Shown here: positions 58,475-64,000 of the stretch, in pieces
Layout of the letters: each line of letters opens with the position of its first letter
Numbering within the stretch: the stretch's first letter is position 1
Assembly: GCA_963806185.1 (NCBI GenBank)
Contig: CAWDXE010000007.1
Coordinates: 416,001 to 480,000, forward strand
Source of the DNA: an uncultured candidate division Zixibacteria bacterium
GTDB taxonomy: Bacteria; Zixibacteria; MSB-5A5; GN15; FEB-12
Direction of reading: 5' to 3'
DNA length: 64,000 bases
Notes under the pieces: generated by a model
Told to the model about the DNA's origin: nothing
What the model saw: only the letters and a program-made list of their open reading frames with translations
Databases searched by the model: none
Position numbers and translations under genes: made by a program

Positions 58475-61162
58475 ATGCAACTGGGAGATCTGGAGAAGCA
58501 GGGGCTGCCGTCACGCATCATCAGTGTGTGGCGGGAACGCCAGGGGGAGATTCTTCTGCCGGTGCAGACACGCGCTGTGCAGAGAGGATTGCTGGGTGGG
58601 TTGAGCGGCAACGGCGGACCGTCGGGGATGATCATCACCGCACCGACGTCGGCCGGCAAATCGTTCTGCGCCGAACTGGCGGCAATGCGGGCGCTAACCG
58701 CGCGGAAGAAAGTGGTCACCCTCTTTCCGTTGAAATCGCTGGCCGAGGAGAAATATCGGCTTTTCTGCCAGACGTACGGCCCGCTCGGGGTGCGCTGTCT
58801 GATCGCGACCGGGGATCATCCGGAAAACGATCGAGCCTTCGAAGATACCGATTTTCAACTGGCAGTTTCCATCTATGAGAAATTTGATCTGCTGCTGACG
58901 CTCGACCTGGGCATTCTGCGCAATATCGGTCTGGTCGTGATCGATGAACTGCAGATGGTGGCGGATGTGGGGCGCGGGGCGATACTCGAACGGTTGCTCA
59001 CCAAACTGCGGGCGTCGGGTGCGACGCCGCCGCTCTTGGCATTCTCGGCGGTGCTGGGCGACGGCGCGGCGCGGCGCATGGCGGAATGGCTTTCGGCGGA
59101 ACTGGTGGAGGAACTCGCTCGGCCGGTTGATCTGGTGCGCGGGGTGGCGACGGGGGGATCGTTCAGGTATCGCTCGTACAACACCGGCGTGGAGGGTGAT
59201 GAGCCGTTTGAGGTGGCGATCGCGGATGCCGAGCCGGTGGCGCAGTTTGTGGCGCGCATCAAGAATGAAGCGGGGAATACGCTGGTCTTTTTGAAATCGC
59301 GTCAGGAGACGGTGCGGATTGCGTTTGCGCTGGCGGCGTCGGCCGGATGGTCACCGGCGGCACGCGCGGTCGAGCGGCTGCGCGACGAGGAACCGTCGTT
59401 TTTGATTCGTTCACTCCTTCAGTGTCTGAGTCGCGGGGTGGCGTTTCACAACGCCGATCTGTCGCCGTATCAGCGTGAAGTGATCGAGGATGCCTATCGC
59501 GAGGGGGAGATTCGGGCGCTGTTTTCGACGACGACGCTGTCGATGGGGGTGAATCTTCCGGCGGACACGATCTATCTGGAGACGGTCAAGTATGTCACGG
59601 GGCAGACGGACCGTCGCCCGGTGCTGGTGCCGATTTCGCGCGCGGAGTTTGACAACATGACCGGGCGGGCGGGGCGATTCGGCAAGAAGTGCCGTCCGGG
59701 CAAGGCGATCATCCTGGCGGAGTCGGAATTCGACCGGGACATCCTGTGGCAGACGTATATCGCGCCGCCGAATGATGAAGCGTTTCAGTCGGCGTGGGCG
59801 TCGATGCCGCAGGAAGACTGGCTCTTGAACATGATGGCGTGCGGGTTGATCGAATCGCGCGAGGATATCGCGCGGGTGTTCGGGCACACCCTGCAGTTCC
59901 GCGAGACAGGCCGGATTCCGGATATGACGGCGGCAGTGGCGCGGCTGGTCGGGCTGAAGCTGATCGAGTACGACGAGGTGAGTGGGAAGCTGACGATCAC
60001 GCCGTTCGGGCGGGCGGCGGCGCAGGCGTCGGTGTCGATTGCGGATGCGGTGCATTTCCGGGCGAAATTGGAGCACGGGTATCCGGAGCGGAGCAGTGAG
60101 TGGCTGGCTCTGGCGTTGAGCGCGCCGTCGGTGGAATTTCCGCCGGGGATGCTGACGCGGTGTGAGCAGATCGAGCGGGAGCCGGTGAAGCAGTTGTATC
60201 GTCGTTGTGGCGGCGCGGTCGACACGATCGCGCAGATGCTGCTGGGGACGACGTACCACCGTCAGACGCTGACGTTCCGTCAGGCGTCGGCGGTGAAGGC
60301 TCTACTCTTGCTGGAGGACTGGTCGTCGCTGCGACCGGTGCAGAGGCTGGAGGAAGGGTACCAGTTGCATATGGGACAGATCATGTCACTGGGCGAGGCG
60401 ATCGCGCACCTGCTGTCGGCGGTGGCGGCGCTGATTGAAGCCGATGATTCCGAGGCGTCGGCTGTCCATGAACTGCGCCGGCAGGCTTTCACTATTCGTT
60501 TTGGCTTACCGGCGGAGTTTCAGGCGATGTATCAGCATGTGGGCATGCTGCTCACTCGGGCCGATTGGGGGCGATTGCAGGCGGCCAACATTTTCTCGCT
60601 GCACGCGCTGGCGGCGCTCGAGGCGGGGGAGTTGGCGAAGCTGGTGCCAAACGAACAACGTCGACAAAAAATTCTGGAACAATTGGAACGGTGTAAAGAG
60701 GAGGTCGAGATGAAACCGATCATGGCGAATGCGATGCCGGATGCGGAAGCGATGCAGTTGTCCGCGACGCCGGAGACAATCGAGATTGACGGAACGTATG
60801 ATCGCGAGCGATTCCTGATCCGCATCAACGGTTTTCCGGTGCGGCTGACCGGAAAATCATTCAAGTATCTGGCGCGGCTGGCCTGGTTCCGGGCGTACAG
60901 TCAGAACGGGTGGGTGTACAAGGAGGATATCGAGGTTGGCTTCAACCAGGCTCGGTATCTGTACCGGATGAAGAATGAACTGGCGGAGTCGATCGGGCAG
61001 GGGTGGTCGGTGGTGGAGAATAATCGGCTGGGGTATTACCGGCTGGATATTGATCCATCGAAGATCAAGATCAATGTCGACAACATCAGGAATCATCCGG
61101 ATTTCGAGGTGCGGAATCTGGCGTTGAATGCGGGGGGAGGGGAGTCGGAGACGATTCATTGA
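58475..61162 (+). CDS. Ski2/Hel308-like SF2 helicase with C-terminal winged-helix-like domain
   Basis: APTSAGKS, PLKSLAEEK, DELQ, FSA, VAFHNADL, TTTLSMGVNLPA, MTGRAGR, ITPFG; tail ING.PVRLT...RMKNEL...ENNRLGYYRL. Confidence 0.88.
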   Translation: MQLGDLEKQGLPSRIISVWRERQGEILLPVQTRAVQRGLLGGLSGNGGPSGMIITAPTSAGKSFCAELAAMRALTARKKVVTLFPLKSLAEEKYRLFCQTYGPLGVRCLIATGDHPENDRAFEDTDFQLAVSIYEKFDLLLTLDLGILRNIGLVVIDELQMVADVGRGAILERLLTKLRASGATPPLLAFSAVLGDGAARRMAEWLSAELVEELARPVDLVRGVATGGSFRYRSYNTGVEGDEPFEVAIADAEPVAQFVARIKNEAGNTLVFLKSRQETVRIAFALAASAGWSPAARAVERLRDEEPSFLIRSLLQCLSRGVAFHNADLSPYQREVIEDAYREGEIRALFSTTTLSMGVNLPADTIYLETVKYVTGQTDRRPVLVPISRAEFDNMTGRAGRFGKKCRPGKAIILAESEFDRDILWQTYIAPPNDEAFQSAWASMPQEDWLLNMMACGLIESREDIARVFGHTLQFRETGRIPDMTAAVARLVGLKLIEYDEVSGKLTITPFGRAAAQASVSIADAVHFRAKLEHGYPERSSEWLALALSAPSVEFPPGMLTRCEQIEREPVKQLYRRCGGAVDTIAQMLLGTTYHRQTLTFRQASAVKALLLLEDWSSLRPVQRLEEGYQLHMGQIMSLGEAIAHLLSAVAALIEADDSEASAVHELRRQAFTIRFGLPAEFQAMYQHVGMLLTRADWGRLQAANIFSLHALAALEAGELAKLVPNEQRRQKILEQLERCKEEVEMKPIMANAMPDAEAMQLSATPETIEIDGTYDRERFLIRINGFPVRLTGKSFKYLARLAWFRAYSQNGWVYKEDIEVGFNQARYLYRMKNELAESIGQGWSVVENNRLGYYRLDIDPSKIKINVDNIRNHPDFEVRNLALNAGGGESETIH

Positions 61163-61555
61163 CAATGTGAGGGTGGCCCTACCGGCCCTCACCCGGAGGG
61201 AGAGGGAGCAAGAGAGTTGCTTTCGTGTAGTGTGGTGAATTGCGGTTAGTGTGATGTAGTGCGGCCGCATGTTGTTCCGTGAGGGATGACAGGCGGCCGT
61301 TGTGTTTGGGGAAGTGACAATGTAGCTGAGCCGCCTCTCGTCTCCGCTCGAGGCGGCGAGGAAGGGGCTCAGGTCGCGGCGCGAAGGTGAGGTGCAGGAG
61401 TTGATTTAACAGTAATGCTGAAGCAATCCGGCTGGCAATGTTCGGTGCTCCGATCTGAGATCCCTTGTGCACGAAGGAAAGGCGGCAGACGTCTACATAC
61501 TGTACAGTGAATATCCGCTCACTCATTTACAGCAGAGGTCAAACGCGGGGGTATC

Positions 61556-62296
61556 ATGAGATTGCTGATTGGAATCGTTTTGATCTCCCTGATCTGCACA
61601 TTGGCGGTGGGCTGTCGTGTCGAGGAGAGCGAGAGTATTGACTCGGCCTCCGCAGCATACACGTCGGTTATCTCCTTCCTCGACTTCGCTTATATGCACC
61701 AAGAACCACCCAGCCTGTTGCAGGCTGATGTACATGTGGTTCACTTTGATAGTGATTTGACGCCATATGTCCGGGAACGGATGATCGGTCACGCGATCTG
61801 GAAAGTTGAGTTTGATAGTATTTCCGTCGATTTACCCGGCACGTACAATCGTGAATGGGAATCGCGACGGCCTCGCAAATGCACAGTGTACTTGGATTCG
61901 ACAACGGCGGAACTGCTGTGTGTCGTGATGACACGGGAATGGGCGACGGAAGATTCGGTGAATAAGGTAGATACAACTCTATTCTCCAAGTGCATAAGGA
62001 ACTGGACAATCAACGAAGTCAATTTGCGGCGCAATCCACTATTTGTCGGCTTTTTTGATGCGCTCAACTCAGCCGTCGGTTCCAACCCCTATCGGGCAGT
62101 CGAGGTGATAGGCATCTTCACCGACGTGAAGGAGACACATGGTCCGAAGGGGCCGCAATGGTGGATATTGGGGAAAGGTATCGACAGGACAGAGATGTTT
62201 GGTGGGCCTGGAATATCGCCGTATCCGTGGGGTTGGACGGCGGTTGATGCGGTGAACGGTCGAGTAATTGTGATGGGGACGTCCCCGGAATGTTAG
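61556..62296 (+). CDS. Hypothetical lipoprotein
   Basis: 246 aa; AVGC lipobox; visibly lower GC than the core genes. Confidence 0.7.
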   Translation: MRLLIGIVLISLICTLAVGCRVEESESIDSASAAYTSVISFLDFAYMHQEPPSLLQADVHVVHFDSDLTPYVRERMIGHAIWKVEFDSISVDLPGTYNREWESRRPRKCTVYLDSTTAELLCVVMTREWATEDSVNKVDTTLFSKCIRNWTINEVNLRRNPLFVGFFDALNSAVGSNPYRAVEVIGIFTDVKETHGPKGPQWWILGKGIDRTEMFGGPGISPYPWGWTAVDAVNGRVIVMGTSPEC

Positions 62297-62785
62297 GGTT
62301 GGGGTTGCGTGGGGCCACGTGCCTCGAAGAGTTGGCGCGGGGGTTGACGCAACCGGGGTAATAGAACGTCAGGATCACCCGCTAAGAAGCGGGGATCCTG
62401 ACCTACAAGCGAAGACTCACCCTTCGACTTGCGCTCAGGGTGACGCTGCGCGACGTCGAAGGCCAATGTGTCAGGTCGAAACCACAAGGGTTTCGACCTA
62501 CGAGAAGAGAACTGAAAGATCGCCACGGCTCGAAGCGAGCCTCGCGATGACGTGGGTGGGAAGGGTGAGCCTCGCGATGACTCTGGATGAGGACGTCGGA
62601 AGCGCAGCATGCGAATGATTGTTCGGCGAACGATGTTAGTTCTGAGATTGCTTCGTCGCTAAGCTCCTCGCAATGAGTAGCTTGACGCGTCGCACAAGAC
62701 CTTAGGTCAGGTTCGCGGGGAGCCTGACCTGCGATTCTCGCTCCGGAACCCGACCCTTCCCGGAAGCGGCGTTCAGGATGACCAA
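62295..62785. repeat. REP-like mosaic cluster 6
   Basis: Copies of the 1345 unit (~62367), the AAGAT(C/T)GCCACGGCTCGAAGCGAGCCTCGC(G/A)ATGAC unit (~62516), GAGATTGCTTCGTCGCT..CTCGCAATGA (~62644) and CTCGCTCCGGAACCCGACC (~62737). Confidence 0.8.
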
Positions 62786-62900
62786 CGGGGGAGCAAGAGC
62801 GATATTCGAGCGACTTGCTGTAACGGCCAAAAATGCAGATACTTGGTGTTGGCGGGAATGAATCCGGCCGATAACTAGAAGAACTGATAGTCTATTAGCT

Positions 62901-64000
62901 ATGATAGTGCAAAGCCAACATCCGCTCGAGCTGGTCTCCACAGATTCGCCGCAAGTCTATCCAGTACTTCCACTTATGACCGGAGTACTATTCCCCGGCA
63001 TGATGGTCACGGTACAGGTCGGCCGGCCGGAGAATCTGAAATTGATCGAGAAATTCGCCGACGGGAAGGGGCAGTTTGTCGCCACCTTCTCCCATGTCGA
63101 AATGGAGACCCCCGGTCCTCAGCCGATTCATCAGGTCGGTGTCTTCGCGCGGATTCACGCCATCAAAGACGGCATCGGCAATGCCCGCATGGTGACGCTG
63201 GAGGGGCTCGGTCGGGTCGCCCTGCTCGCGGTGGTCGGCCAGCAGCCATATTTATCGGCGACCGTTTCGCCGCTGGAAACACCGCCGTTAGAGTCGCGCC
63301 TGATACGGGGGCGGATCGACGAAGTGATGAACATCGTGGGCGAGATTGCGCATCTGGATCCGATGTATTCGCCCGAGATTTCAAACGTCCTCCGGCTCGA
63401 CATGGACACGCCGTCGCTCTTCGCCGACCGGGTAGCCTCGATGTTTCACTTCTCGCTCGGGGCCAAGCAGGAGATTCTGGAGACAGTCAAGCTCGAGACG
63501 CGTTTCGACGTTCTGCTCGGGCATCTAAACCAGGAATTGAGTCGAGCGGCCACGATACTCTCGATCAACGAAAACGCGAAGAAGCGGATCGAGGACGAGC
63601 AGAGGCGGTATTTCCTTCGTCAGCAGTTGCATGAGATCCGCAAAGAGCTGGGCGAGGAATTGGTCGAGGAGCGGGAAGCCACGCGGTTGCGGGCGTTTGT
63701 CAAGAACTCGCCGAATCTGCCGCCGGACGTCTCGGCGCGGGCGAGGATAGAAATCGATCGATTGGGTCAGTTGTCGCCGGCGTCGGCTGAGTACAGCATG
63801 ACCAAAAGCTATCTCGACTGGTTATTGAATATGCCGTGGGGCAAGACCACGTCGGATGATTACGATATCAAAGAAGCGCAGACGATCATCGACGAGCAGT
63901 ATTACGGGCCGACGACGCTCAAGGAGCAGATTCTTCAGCGACTGACCGTGCGTAAGATCATGCGGGGAGTGGACGACGGCGGAACGCTTTGTCTGGTCGG
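62901..64000 (+). CDS. lon: Lon protease, N-terminal part (3' truncated by window edge; absent from ORF track)
   Basis: Own translation: YPVLPL..VLFPGM, VGR, VGVFARI, EGLGR, KQEILE, QRRYFLRQQL.EIRKELGE, SAEY...YLDWLL.MPW, ending TLCLVG just before the expected Walker A. Confidence 0.9.
   Translation, partial: MIVQSQHPLELVSTDSPQVYPVLPLMTGVLFPGMMVTVQVGRPENLKLIEKFADGKGQFVATFSHVEMETPGPQPIHQVGVFARIHAIKDGIGNARMVTLEGLGRVALLAVVGQQPYLSATVSPLETPPLESRLIRGRIDEVMNIVGEIAHLDPMYSPEISNVLRLDMDTPSLFADRVASMFHFSLGAKQEILETVKLETRFDVLLGHLNQELSRAATILSINENAKKRIEDEQRRYFLRQQLHEIRKELGEELVEEREATRLRAFVKNSPNLPPDVSARARIEIDRLGQLSPASAEYSMTKSYLDWLLNMPWGKTTSDDYDIKEAQTIIDEQYYGPTTLKEQILQRLTVRKIMRGVDDGGTLCLV

Overview
GC-rich bacterial chromosomal window with almost all genes on the + strand. 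The gene content (PorV/PorQ-family barrel, QNYPNPFNP-type C-terminal sorting domains, dockerin-like tails) suggests an FCB-group organism such as candidate division Zixibacteria; this is inference only. Housekeeping backbone: topA(3' part)-xerC-hslV-hslU; ecfT-truA-transaldolase-purB-psd-pssA-purS-purQ-tatA; acyl-CoA synthetase-yjbQ-mtnA; rplM-rpsI-rpsB-tsf-pyrH-frr; lon (5' part). Accessory or envelope loci: (i) TonB-dependent receptor + PorV/PorQ barrel + large lipoprotein + GT-C/TPR glycosyltransferase + two CTD-bearing proteases (S8, M6); (ii) a fur-cytochrome c-feoA-feoB operon with a palindromic operator; (iii) a type IV pilus pilMNO-(AMIN/PilP fusion)-pilQ locus with an Ig-like lipoprotein; (iv) two secreted proteins with dockerin-like tails; (v) a standalone Zn-ribbon gene and a Ski2/Hel308-like helicase with a winged-helix-like tail. 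Intergenic gaps carry mosaic arrays of co-oriented palindromic REP-like elements, and the 3' end of hslU is duplicated around an ~0.8 kb insert with no convincing ORF. Several genes are frameshifted, most likely by sequencing indels. No tRNA, rRNA, CRISPR array or transposase was recognised.
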